64,000 bases of DNA from Azolla caroliniana (lineage: Eukaryota > Plantae > Polypodiophyta), in assembly GCA_043228905.1 (NCBI GenBank), contig JBHGNT010000008.1, positions 4,774,001 through 4,838,000 of the forward strand, written 5' to 3'. The notes beneath the pieces are model-generated. The model saw only the letters and a program-made list of their open reading frames with translations. It did no database searches and was not told the origin of the DNA. Within the stretch, counting starts at the first letter, position 1. Each line of letters begins with the position of its first letter. Shown here one piece after another: positions 47,701 to 59,999 of this stretch. A program made the translations under genes and the position numbers.

Positions 47701-49771
47701 GTCGGAGAAATGTATCCTCGTAGGATACTCACTGGAGCAAAAGGGGTACAAGTGCTACAACCCCTCAACTCGAAAATCTCGGGTAAGTCGAGATGTCTTC
47801 TTTGACGAGTCTGCATCGTGGTACGCACCAGAGACAACTTCGACTCCAACCCCGCTCAACCCGGAATCAACCGAACAAGAGATAGAGGATGAAGATCACC
47901 TTACGCACATGTTCGAAGTAAGTCTGATCACGACCCGACTGAGCGGACCTCAAGAGCCTTTGAGCGATCAAAGCACATCACGGCCTAGCCCGAAGATGGC
48001 GGAATACGAAGAAGATCGCTTCACCGACGATGAATCAACTCACTCACTCGACAGTGAGTTTAGCAGTTTCGAGGTACCAATCGGAGCAAAGAAAGCCCTC
48101 ATCTCTGCAAATGAAAAGCTCCGCCGATCCACTCGTGAAAAGAACCCCGTAAGCAGATTCGGCTACAACGATTATATGGCGTACCATTACGCCTTTATGA
48201 TGAAGGTAGCGACAGTACGGGAGCCGGAAACCTTTTCGGAAGCCGTGAAGGAATGAACGAAGCAATGAACGAGGAGATGCAGGCACTACGGAAGAACGAG
48301 ACGTGGGATCTCGTTCCCACCTCACCACACAAAAAGGCGATTGGATGCAGATGGATCTACAAGGTGAAGTATAACGCTGATGGCTCTGTAAACCTCTACA
48401 AAGCTCGACTCGTAGCAAAAGGTTATGCTCAAATGCATGGCGTCGACTACGAAGAGACCTTTGCCCCGGTGGCAAAGATGACGACGGTGCGGAACGTAAT
48501 TGCAATTGCCGCGGCGAAAGGGTGGCACCTCCATCAAATGGACGTCAAGAACACCTTTGTACAAGGCGAATTAGGAGAGGAGGTGTACATGATCCAACCA
48601 CCCGGCTTCAACTCGAGCACCCATCCGAAAGCGGTTTGCCGACTCAAGAAGCCACTCTACGGCCTCAAGCAAGCACCGCGTGCTTGGCATTCGAAGATAA
48701 CGCAATATCTTCATCAAATCGGCTTCCGTATGTCAAAATCAGACAATTCTCTCTACATACGAAGCGATTCCACAAGTCCGATCGTCATCATCTTATATGT
48801 GGATGACCTAGTCATTGGAGGTAAACATCTCGTCGAAATCAATAAGGTCAAATCCCTCCTTTCCGACAAGTTCGAGATGACGGACATGAAGGAGCTCCAC
48901 TACTTCCTCGGCATCGAGGTAATTCGGACTCCGGCCGGAATCATGATCTCTCAACAGCACTACATCCTCAACTTGTTATACAAGTTCGGGATGGTTGCGT
49001 GCAACCCCGCTCGATCGCAATCTCAAACTAGATGTGAACTCCGGCACCAAAGCGTGTGAGCCGACTCAGTATCGGCAACTCATCGGGAGTCTCATCTACC
49101 TCATGATCACACGACCCGATCTCAGTTATCAGGTCGGTCTCCTTAGCCAATTCATGCAAACACCGTGTGATACTCACTTGGATTGCGCTAAGCGAGTTCT
49201 ACGATACGTGAGCAACACAATAGATTGCGGCATCCTCTACAAGACCGCGATGCCAATACGCCTTGAGGGGTACACAGACGCCGATTGGGCCGGCTACAAA
49301 GCTGATAGAAGATCAACGTCCGGATTTGTTTTCTCCCTCGGCAGCGGAGCAATATCTTGGAGTAGCAAGAAGCAGCCCATCGTCGCTCTTTCGAGTACAG
49401 AGGCGGAATACAACGTCGCAGTCGTAGCTGCGTGTGAAGCCGTATGGCTCAAGAGGATTTTGAAGGATCTGGGCATACCCATCAAGGATCCAACTTCCCT
49501 TTACTGCGACAACATGAGCAATATCTATCTGGCTTGGAACCCGGTGTTCCACGCGCGGACAAAGCACATCGAAGTGCACTATCACTTCATCCGAGAGCGC
49601 GTTCCGGCTGGCGATGTCGACCTACAACACATTAGCACCAATCTTCAAACGACCGACATCTTCACTAAAGCCTTAGGAGCCGACAAGCTATGGCAATTCA
49701 TGACCAATCTCGGATTGACGATCCCTAACCTGCCAAGCTTGAGGGGGAGTACTGAAGACACTACGCAATAA
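44728..49771 (+). pseudogene. gag-pol: Copia gag-pol with stops, frameshifts and a solo-LTR insertion
   Basis: ORFs 44728-45267, 45271-46190 (CGYCRKLGHHEEEC, VDSGAS), 46949-48256 (INT), 48253-49059 (RT, YVDD) and 48995-49771 (RH). Confidence 0.92.
46191..46948 (+). repeat. Solo LTR containing a 54-bp x4 tandem repeat
   Basis: TG..CA ends and perfect TSD CTATG; removal restores DIELWHKRICH. The repeat is at ~46262-46490. Confidence 0.9.
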
Positions 49772-50418
49772 CGCGTAGATTCCGCAACCGCATTACGCAA
49801 TAACGCGTGGATTCCGCAACCACGCAACAAAGCCGCGAAGAAAGACGCAAGCCGAAGCACAGACTTCGTAACTACGCACAACGCAAGCTGGAGCACGGAT
49901 TCCACAACTCCGCATACATGCGAGTCGACACGAGTCAACACGGACTCCAGAACACGAGTTGAAGCGGATTTCGGATACCGTCTGAACCCGACCCGACTTG
50001 AGCTTGAAGGGGCGTGTTGAGAATCAAGCTCAACTTGCTCTAGTGTGTGAACTCACCTTGAGAGTGAAGAGACACTCCAACGGTCAAGAGTCACCATTAC
50101 GTCACCACTTTGTATTCAAGCATTTAGTATGAGTCATAGAATCATATTCTATGACACATAACTTATGAGCTTTCACATTCCCCATGCTCCATGAGTCTTG
50201 TAGTTAATGAAGAGAGAGGGTGAATACATAAAGCACCCTCCTCCCACCTTGTAAAACGTTGAGTCTTTCTCCTTTGATTAATACACTTTTAACCTTGCGT
50301 ATACTCTGTGTCTCTCTCTCTATCTCACACACACACACACACACAGAGTTCACACCTATTCCGCTTCACAAGAATCCATCTCTTGATTCTTTACATGGTT
50401 ATCACAAGAGAAATATGT

Positions 50419-50994
50419 TGCCGCGGTTTTCCACAGGGATGTGTCGAAACGGGGCAGGACCACAGGGGTCTCGGACCAATGAGCCGATGGGAGTAGGAAG
50501 GACTGTGTCGGAGTCCGGATGGCTTCACCGGATCCGTTTCCCAGACGCGTGCCCGATCCAGAACGATTCCCCGATATCGGCCGGTTCGCATACAGGACTG
50601 AGGGAGTGAACTACTCCGGACAGGATGCCAGACAACAATGATAAGCCAATGAGCACGCAGACACGGAAACCCACACAACATAAAGAAGAAGGAACAACAC
50701 AATAATTCCCGTACACAAGGAAAGGCTCGACAAAATACTAACGATTATCAAAGAAGAAGGGACTACAACCGGACTCATCTGGCGACAAATCTGCGAGCTG
50801 CACACACCCACACATGCACGGAATGATGAACCTCTAGTCGGGAGCACACAGCTTCCAATGCGAATAGAGGCTTCAACATCTTCCTGGAATTAGTACAATG
50901 CACAATGCACAGAGAGGGGAGAGAGAGGTTGGCACTCAAATCGAAAACGCTTCGTCCTTCCAATCCTCGATCCTTAAAATAGGCTTAAGTCACA
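50419..50994 (-). repeat. Truncated gypsy family-A LTR
   Basis: The reverse complement carries the family-A U5 end motif (GACCCCTGTGGTCCTGCCCCGTTTCGAC...CCGCGGCA). The right boundary is approximate. Confidence 0.7.
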
Positions 50995-52689
50995 ACTGTA
51001 GAAGTCTGTGGCTTTGTCGACCACAGAGGCAACGTAATGGCAGAGGTAGAGGCCAGCAAAGAGCTAATCTGGATGAGAAATTTTCTCAATGAGTTGGGGA
51101 TAAGCAAAGGGAGTTCTTGCTTCATTGTGACTGCCAAAGTGCCCTACATCTAGCAAAGAATGTTGCGTACCACTCCCGAACCAAGCACACATAGAGAAGG
51201 TATCACTGGTTGCGGGAGAAAGTGGAAGAAGAAGAGTTTACCCTTGTGAAGATCTACACTGACGAAAATGGATCCGACATGTTGACAAAGAACCTACTAA
51301 TGGACAGACTCAAAGTATGTCCCTCCTATTGAAACAACCAACCGGTCGGGCCGAGTACCGACAATCGAAGACATGAGGAGCCGACAATAGGAGAGTCCAA
51401 GTCAAAGACATGACCAACTAGTTGGGCCGACTGGATAGTCGATGCTGAAGTTGACTAGTCCACCTGTTGGCTGAATATCTATCACTATTATAATAGGAAT
51501 GACAGTAGCAGTGGCTACATTTATAAATAATCCCATACAGGATATAAGTATAAATATACTTAGGGCAAACATAGAGAGTGTAGAACTGAACAGTTGTGAG
51601 CCTCTGTAGTTAAGATTTGATAGTGAAGAGAGAGTATGTGAGCCGGTGTCGTGAAGATTACGGGACATAGTGAGAAACTGGGGAATATCGGAGGAATTGG
51701 CAAGGTGCACCATGTGCACCCACTCTTGTAAACTTGTATGGCGGAATGGGGGGGGCGCCTTTATGATGCCGAGCGGCAATAAAGTCGGGATGGATGATCC
51801 CATGTATCACGGGATTTATCCCACATAGCCACGAGGCCCTCACCTTGTTCTATAAAAGGGAGGGCGCACTTCTTGTAAATGGTTCCCACCTGTTGTCCCA
51901 AACAATTTCGTTCCTCATTGTTCCCCTTTGTGGGTTCCATTTTTGGTGTTAATAAACTTCTGTGTATAACGTTGTCGAGGTATTCCTCGCGGATGCGTGG
52001 AACGAGGCGGGACCTCGGGGGTCTTGTACCGAAGAGCAAGAGAGGAAAGGAGAAGGGAAGAGACCCACTAGGTGCGAGCGTAGATTCACAGGGACACGGC
52101 CCTTCGACACAAAGATGTGAGTGCGACAGCGACACAGAGGGACACGAATGTATGTAAAATATATATAAACAAGACAAACAACAAGAAGCACGAAGTCGGT
52201 TACAACCGGACAGGTCAGCGAACAGATGCCGATGCCTGTTCATAAACGCACAGAAAGGAAGGAGTAGGTTGGAGGTGCTGCCGGAAGCACTCGGGCATTC
52301 CTCAGAGCAGCGCGAGCCTCCCGAAACCTGCACAGAAAGGAGCTACAGAGTATGGAAGAGAGAGAAGCCTTCGGCCCGCAATCCAACAGCACTTCGTCCT
52401 CTCTATACGCGATCCCCTCCTCCTCCTCGTCTCCCTCCTTTTATAGGCAAGAAGGGAGCCGTTTCCTATTAACTTCCTACCTACCGAATCTACCTACCTA
52501 GGATCTCCCATGTCCCTAATTCTCTCCTATGTACAACACACGGCGTGCGTGCATGAAGAGCCGGTTCCTATGCTCCGGCGCACCGATTCCGCTCGTGGAC
52601 GGTTTTCTTCACGACATCTGCCCCCACCTAACCGCGCATCCACCGATATGCGCCAAATTGAGTTGGGACGGAGAAAACCGGTCCAGCCT

Positions 52690-55600
52690 TCATTCCCCGC
52701 CCGTCGGTTCTTCCTCGGTTTCGGATCGTTCGTCGTTCTGGTCCAGGTTAACCGGATCCGGCTCGTCATCGTGACGCTTCTTGAACGCTTTGATCCGCTT
52801 CCCAGCTACCGGTATCGCCACTCTCGTGCCGTCGAGTTCCGCCAGATGGTAGGTCCCGTTGTTGTTGGCGCTTTGTACCACGTAAGGCCCGAACCACCTT
52901 CTTGCGAACTTCCGTGTCGCTCGGTGCTGGTTGTTGAGGCTGCTGTCGTAGACTAGCACCCAGTCGCCTTCCTCGATCTTCTTCGGTCGGAGCCGGTGCG
53001 TTCGGTCGAACCGGGCTTTGTTCCTCATCCTTGCTTCCGGACGCTTTTCCGCAGCCTGCTCCACGTCCTCCGGTCTTCGCTCGAGCTATCATATACGCGC
53101 CGCCAGCAGTTCCTCCCGGCTCATCTCGTCTCTCCAGTCCACGGTTGCCCACGAGGAGATCGTACGTTCCATCGGCATGATCGGCTTCTGCCCAAACATG
53201 AGCTCTGCCGGCATGAATCCGGTTACCGAACTGTGCGTAGTTCGGTCCGCCCACAACGCGTAAGGCAACAGCCGCGGCCAGTTCCCGACTTGACCTCCGC
53301 ATGCCCGAACTAATGCCTTGACGACCGGCCCGTGTCCGCACTCCACCTTCCCATTCGCCTCCGGATTGTATGCAGTGGTGAGCGAGAGCTTGACTCCTAG
53401 CCCGTTGAACAGCTCCTCGGCCTCTTCGGCGTCCAACTCCCCGCGATCAGCCACGATCTTCCCGACGCACCCGTACCGGCATATCACGTCCTCGAGCAGG
53501 AACCGACATACGGCTGTAGTCGTTTTGTTCTGAAGGGCCCGACCTTCCACCTGGTTCGTCAGATCTTCCCGAGCAAGGACCAGATACCGCATCTGTCCTA
53601 CTCCCATCGGCATCGTCACCAGGTCTACCATCCATTTGAAGTGGATGGTCGGAGGGTACGTACGGTGAAGCCCGTCCCGATGTCGGACTATGGAGTGCAT
53701 CTGACAGCTCTCGCAAGTTGTCACGAACCGATGCACGTCCCGGTACAGTCCCGGCCACCAATACATCCCTTTTATCTTCTCGAACGTGGCCCACGTTCCA
53801 CGTTGTCCAGCCTAAGGGCTGTCGTGGTAGGCCGTCAGCCGCTCCTCCTGTTCTTCCTTCATCGCCACCACCCAGAGCGGGACGCCGTTCCTCTTCTTCG
53901 GGTGCTTCCATAAGTATCCGTCCCGGAGAAAGAATCGGTATGCTTTCTTCCGGATCCGGTTGGTCTCGTCCCTCATCCATGACGCATCCGGCGTCATTGT
54001 CCTCAAAAATCCACCGATTTGGAGCCACTCGCCGTCGTACTTGCTCTCGTCGAAGTTGTTAAGTGCCGGAGTGCTCGTCCCATCGGTCGTCACGTACGCT
54101 GCCTTGAAGAAGTCCACGCCGACTTCTTCGTCCTCCGAAACCATGCCGCCCTCGCCATCAAACCTCGCCCTCGAAAGCATGTCGGCCATGGCGTTGTCCT
54201 TTCCGGAAATGTGCCGTATTTCCGGGTCCAGGGACTTGATGTACACTATCCACCGGAGCATCGTCAGGTCCGGTGTCGCGCATCCGGAAACCATGCCGAG
54301 AATCGACAGGCAATCCGTCTCGATAATCACTTCTGTCCCGATCAGGTAGTCTTTGTCGGCCTTTACTGCCGAAACGATACCCCAGAGTTCGCGTTTAACC
54401 TGGGCGTACCCTCGCTGTCACTCACTGAGGACCTTTGCGCCGAATCGGATCGGGAACCGGGTGTCGTCCTCGTCTTCTTGGTTGACGACCCATCCGATCT
54501 CAGTCGGACTCGTATCCACCGTTATGTATACCGGGGTAACCTTCTCGTAGACATCCTTCCGGAGCGCCGGTGCTGCCGCAAGAGCTTCCTTCAGCTTCCG
54601 GACCGACTCCGTGTGCTCGTCTCGCCACTCGAATTTTTGCCCTTTCTTCAGCATCCCGTATAGCGGCTCCGCAACGTGGGCGTAATGCGGGATCCATATG
54701 TGGTAGAATGCGCATGCCCCCAGGAACCTCCGAACTTCCGTAACCGAGCTACAGTCGGTCTTCATCGCGGAGATGGCTTCTACTTTTGCCGGAGACGGCT
54801 TCCGGCCATACGGTCCACATAGGTGTCCGACCAGCAGGATTTCTGATTGCTCGAAGGCCGATTTCTCCCCGGAGAAGGTGAGCCTCGCATCCTCTAGCCT
54901 TTGTAGCACCTTCTCGCAGTCGTCGATGTGTGTTGCCATGAATCGCCGGCATCCATCCGGCCCGAGTGTCTCGTCCTTCTCTTCCACCGGGCACCCTTTG
55001 ATAGGGATGTCGTCCAGAAACGGCATGGTGATGTCCGGGATGCAATCCCTCAGTACCTTGTTCATTGCATTCACCATGTGGGCCACCGAGTTGGTCCCTC
55101 CTTGCGGCAAGGTACACATTCGCACTAGGCCGAGGGGGGTTCGCATCGTCGTAATGTCTCTGCTCTCCACGGCTAGCTGGAACTGGTCGTACCCCGAGTA
55201 CAGATCACCGACCGAGTAAATCGACCTTTTGGCGAAGGCCTCCGCGAACTCGTCTATGGTCGGTCTGATTCCTGCGTTCTGAATGGTCACTCTGTTGATC
55301 GGCTGCAGGTCCTGAATGAAGCGCAATGTCCCGTTTTTCTTTGGTACGGTAAACCATCGGTTCGAGTATGGCGCGCTCGACGGTTTGAGAATACCCATAT
55401 CGACTTTCTGCCTCAGTAGCTCCATCAACTCCGGGATGTGAGCTCTTGGTACTGGAATCGGCTTGAGATTCCACGGCACATGCGGTACCGTGAATATCAC
55501 CATCGGCTCCACGATCATCGGATCTACGCACCCGATCTCTTCCGGTGAGAATGCGAAGGCCTTTCCGTGCCTTCCGAGCATTCTCCGAAACCGGTCTTCC

Positions 55601-56187
55601 TCCGCCGGCAGTAGGAACCCGCCCCCACCGATCTTGAGCTCCCGGAGCGTCCCGTCGGTGAAGGTGTGTCCTATGCAGGCCGGATCTCGTAAACTGGGGT
55701 CCGACGCAACCCCTCTGATTCGGGACTCGCTGCCCTCCGGTAAGGGTGCCGCGACTGGCCTTACCTTCCGGTCCACAGTCTTGTACTTCGTGCTAACTCG
55801 GGCCGTCCGATCCGACCCGAGCCCCCGACTGAAGTTCGCGATGACTTCGTACATCTCTTCGGAACATACCGGTATCGTCTGGTTTTCGTTAAGGTCTTCT
55901 CCGGCTACCTTCCTCAGCATTCCCAAGGTGTCGTCGAAGGAGACCGCCTCCACGGCTCCGCTGATTTCCTCGTCCGGGCCGAGAACTCCGCACGCTCGAA
56001 GTCGCTCCTCCGCCCTTGCCCTTTCTCGGCCAACGATGCCGACTATCATACACCCTCCGTTGTTGGAGAAGCAGAATTTTCTACCTATCTTACAAGGTTT
56101 CATCGGTTTCAGTTCTATCATACAGATGTGGGGTCTTTCCCGAGTGTCCGGACTGTCTCGGCCCCACGTCTTGGCAGCCCTCTCTAA
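52690..56187 (-). pseudogene. pol: Gypsy-A pol (RT-RNase H-integrase) with a few premature stops
   Basis: ORFs 54418-56121 (LRFIQDL, DLYSGYDQ, LPQG, FLDD), 53812-54330, 53089-53766 and 52690-53064 all lie in one frame. Confidence 0.92.
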
Positions 56188-58294
56188 AAATCCTCTCGGT
56201 TCTCGCCACCGAGGGATTCGCGGTTTCGCTCGTGCTTCGGCCGCACCGTCAAAAATTGGACCGAATGGCGCCCGTCCTGGCTCTTGACCCTCGCGTAGGC
56301 CAAACCGTTGTCCAGCACTTTGGTCTCCATTCGTGCCGCTGTGATGTATGGTTCCCCTAATATGACCGGATGCGAGGACGTCTCCTGCACGAAGAAGTGC
56401 TGGTCAATCTCGACGTCGCCGATCTTGACACGCACATTCGGGCAGGCCCCGTGCAGTTCCTCGGTGGCGCGCGTCGCCGCCCGTATCTTCCACCCGTGCT
56501 TGGTGTTGATCGGCCATTTTCCCCTTTTGTAGAAGTCCATGGACATCAGGTTTATTTTCCAACCGTGGTCCACCAGTGCCACCACCGGTTCCTGAACATC
56601 TCCGATCTTTACTGGGGTCTCTGTAGTCGCTCGGGCCCAGTGCGGCCTTGAATAGTGGCTCTCCGCCCACTCATCTTCCAGCGCCATGTCGTCGATGTGC
56701 GTCATCCGCAGCTCCACCGGTCTTTCCGGTTCCGTCTCCGTCGACAGCCTCTTCCGTTTCACCAGGTCCACAATGGAGTCGTGGAACTCCTTCTTGGCGA
56801 TCCCTAGCACCTCTCGCAATGATAGCTCCACCTTGCTGTCAAGGATCCGTTCCTCTAGGACCTTTCGTAGGTCCGTAGTCCTTTCTATTTCCGTCCCCAG
56901 TCGGTATCCGCCCTTCCTGGGGTTATCTTGCGAGCTGGACCCACCGGCATCGTTCCGTCATTGCCCGAATTGGGTCTCGTACCGTTGTGAGGGCCCGGCC
57001 GCTCCGGCTTTCCCCACTCGTTTGTCTTCTACCAGAGCCTCGTAGTTCCGGCAGGCGGCTTCTACGAATCCCGTCTTCTCCTCGACCGGATCGCTCCACC
57101 CGGTTATTTCCCGGACCCTTCTCTCAGCGCGTCCGTTTCATCTTTCCTTAGCCTCGCGCCGACAAGACCTTCCAGCATTGCCGACCAGAATTCGTCTTTG
57201 CCCTCCTTTCGGGCCTCGCTGCCCCCGACCCGAATGCCGGCCGACGCCGAGTAGTGGATGGCCTCCACGTGTCGGGCCGCTGCCTCTTCCATCAGTCTCT
57301 TCATTCCTCCTCGCCCGTCATTTCGGTTTAGGGCCCTTCTGGTGTCGCCGGCGTGCACCCGGCCTTCCCACAGGTACACCACCTGGTTCCTCAACGCTTC
57401 TGTGAAATCGCCGCAATCCTTCCGGATGTGGCCGACCTTGTCGCACCACATGCACCTGTTCCCTGCTACCGGCCGTCGGTCACGAGCCGTTTCGCCGCCT
57501 TCCCTTCGAGTCTGGGCGATCTGGAGATCCTTTATTGCCCGCGTCAACTCCTCCAGCGCTGCTCCTCCGGACGAGCCACTGACCATGCCAGTCGAAGCCG
57601 GACCGGTTTCTAGCCATTCCCGGGTTTCTTCCCTTCGCCCTTGTGGTGCCGGTTCAAGCCTCCTTGCTGTGACAGAGCCCGCACCAGCCGCCCCGTTGTC
57701 AACCCATTCTCGCCGTTTGTCGAAACGGCCATAGACTCTCTTAACCGCAGCCCAGTCGATCGTCTGCCCGTCTTCGGTTTCCAGCAAGGAGCCGACTTGA
57801 TCCCAGTCCCAATCGTCCACCGACTTGACGAACAGTAGGACCCGGCTCGTATCCAGAACGGTTCGCTCAAGCGCCGAAAGGCGCGCAAAGCGTTCTTCGA
57901 ACTCCCGGAGGAGTGCCGACACGTTTCTTCCCTTGCCGGGGGACTCCACCCATTCCATGAAGTCTCGTTTCGAAAGCCGGAGCACGTTGTCCAGCCCGTA
58001 TTTTTCCAGGAGTCGGCCTTCGAACTCCTCCCAGGTACGACTCTCCGCCCGCACCTCGAGCACCTCCGCATGGATGCTCGGCATCGCCACTCGAGGAAAC
58101 CCGGCAAGACGCCTCTCTTCCGGAATGTCCTGCATCAGCATTTCTGCCCCGTAGGACGCCAAATACTTCGTGGCATCCTTTCCGCTGAACCGGCCGATCG
58201 TACCGACAATCGCCTCAATGGCTCTGTCGAGGGCGCCGGAGCCCTCGCGTGCGCTCAATATCCGATCCACGACCGAAGGCCATGGCCTCCGCAA
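56184..58294 (-). pseudogene. gag: Gypsy-A gag-protease (disrupted)
   Basis: ORF 57104-58294 has the CMWCDKVGHIRKDC knuckle. ORF 56184-56831 has ALVDHG...VILGEPY aspartic-protease-like motifs. Confidence 0.88.
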
Positions 58295-58332
58295 GATCCA
58301 ACCCTTTCATCTTCTGCTCTTCTGCCGCCTCT

Positions 58333-58350
58333 TTCACGTCGGGTTCACCA
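58333..58350 (-). promoter_or_regulatory. Primer-binding site complementary to the tRNA-Trp 3' end
   Basis: TGGTGAACCCGACGTGAA is the reverse complement of ...TTCACGTCGGGTTCACCA, the plant cytosolic tRNA-Trp 3' end as I recall it. Also at 5471, 7824 and 60800. Confidence 0.8.
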
Positions 58351-59999
58351 AGATGTCGAGGTATTCCTCGCGGATGCGTGGAACGAGGCGGGACCTCGGG
58401 GGTCTTGTACCGAAGAGCAAGAGAGGAAAGGAGAAGGGAAGAGACCCACTAGGTGTGAGCGTAGATTCACAGGGACACGGCCCTTCGACACAAAGACGCG
58501 AGTGCGACAGCGACACAGAGGGACACGAATGTATGTAAAATATATATAAACAAGACAAACAACAAGAAGCACGAAGTCGGTTACAACCGGACAGGCCGGC
58601 AAACAGATGCCGATGCCTGTTCGTAAACGCATAGAAAGGAAGGAGTAGGTTGGAGGTGCTGCAGGAAGCACTCGGGCATTCCTTAGAGCAGCGCGAGCCT
58701 CCCGAAACCTGCACAGAAAGGAGCTACAGAGTATGGAAGAGAGAGAAGCCTTCGGCCCGCAATCCGACAGCACTTCGTCCTCTCTATACACGATCCCCTC
58801 CTCCTCCTCGTCTCCCTCCTTTTATAGGCAAGAAGGGAGCCGTTTCCTATTAACTTCCTACCTACCGAATCTACCTACCTAGGATCTCCCATGTCCGTAA
58901 TTGTCTCCTATGTACAACACACGGCGTGCGTGCATGAAGAGCCGGTTCCTATTACCTGGCGCACCGATTCCGCTCGTGGACGGTTTTCTTCACGACAACG
59001 TCTATTTCTGTCTTCTTTTCATCTTGGTGTGGGTGTTGTCTCTATTTTTCTGTTAGGGTTTCGGTACCATCTGTGTGCGTGCATAGGTGGTGTGTTTGGT
59101 TGTGGCAGGTGGCATGCGGGCTGTCCGCGGCTCCCCTGAGCTCATGTTTGTTGGTTCTAAATGCTCCATGGTCCGGTATGTCTGTGTATGTGGGTGTTGG
59201 CTTTTGTCGTTTGCGAAGAGTGCTTACACTAGGTGGTTCGTTGGCAGGTTCCCCTCCTTGGCGCGCAAGACCCAACTCAGTTCTGTGAGCCCGTGCGCTC
59301 CCTAAAGGCGGCTTGGCTTAGGAGGCGGTCGTTCTGGAAGAGGCGTGCCTTGCAGAGGGTCTTGTCGCACGAACGAGCCTGAGAGCTCCCCGACCGGCCC
59401 TAGGATGCAGGCTCCCTCTTCCTCTACATGTGGAACTAGCGTCGCAGTGAGCGTCGTGTGTGTATGTGTGTGTGTGTGTTTCCAGTTAGTGTAGGATATG
59501 AGAGAGGGTTCCTGCGTGGTCGGCGGTGTAGAGGTGTCGGTCATATGCGGGTGTGTATGTGTGTGTGTGTGCGGGGGCGAGGATAACTGGCCGTCTCCTG
59601 AGCCTCTTTTGGGGCCCTTGTACATACGGGTGAAAGGGGCGGCAAGGACGAAGACGCACTCTCTCACTTCCTGTGTGGTTACTGGTCGCGTCTAGAGAGT
59701 ATCTGGGATCAAACCAGTCGGCAATGCGGCAAGCTTCGGAGGATTCGGGTTCCCGGCAACTCCTCCCTTCCTAGTCCATGACCCCGGTGGTCCCGCCCGG
59801 GTCCAACATGCAAGCGCGGATTATCACGACACCAGAAGGTGAGAGCTGTGCCATAACCTAGTGACGCTTGACGCCAAGAGCCATGTGTGGCTGATACACT
59901 CCGCATGGAGAGTGTTGTATTATGATCTCATCTTGTATTCTTTTGTTTATAGTGAAATCTTTGTTCTCCCGTGGTTTTCCCCATTTTGTGTTTCCACGT

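Larger units (their letters stand above)
44178..50395 (+). mobile_element. Copia family-B element, full-length but degenerate
   Basis: LTRs 44178-44568 and 50015-50395; PBS TGGTATCAGA at 44569; PPT before 50015; perfect TSD TGGTT. Confidence 0.95.
51973..58997 (-). mobile_element. Near-complete non-chromoviral gypsy family-A element
   Basis: 644-bp LTRs 58354-58997 and 51973-52616; tRNA-Trp PBS at 58333-58350; PPT GGTTAGGTGGGGGCAGA; perfect 4-bp TSD ACGT. Order is gag-PR then RT-RH-INT, with no chromodomain. Confidence 0.96.
51647..59831 (+). repeat. Gypsy family-A-type solo LTR (~1.16 kb net) split by a nested full element
   Basis: Starts TGTCGTGAAG and ends with the U5 motif ...TCACGACA; TSD CCGG/CCAG; pieces 51647-51972 and 58998-59831. 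Confidence 0.8.
43311..59999 (+). mobile_element. Decayed third copia (Tork-like) element, fragmented by insertions
   Basis: PBS TGGTATCAGAGC at 43345, gag start followed at once by RT (43450-44177, YVDD), and a short piece at 50396-50418. RNase H is at ~50995-51320; the probable 3' LTR pieces are ~51330-51646 and 59832-59999. Confidence 0.7.

Noticed and set aside
55463-56287. 274-aa antisense ORF and other shadow ORFs over the pol genes
   Set aside because: Expected in GC-rich coding DNA; no domain motifs and no evidence of independent conservation.
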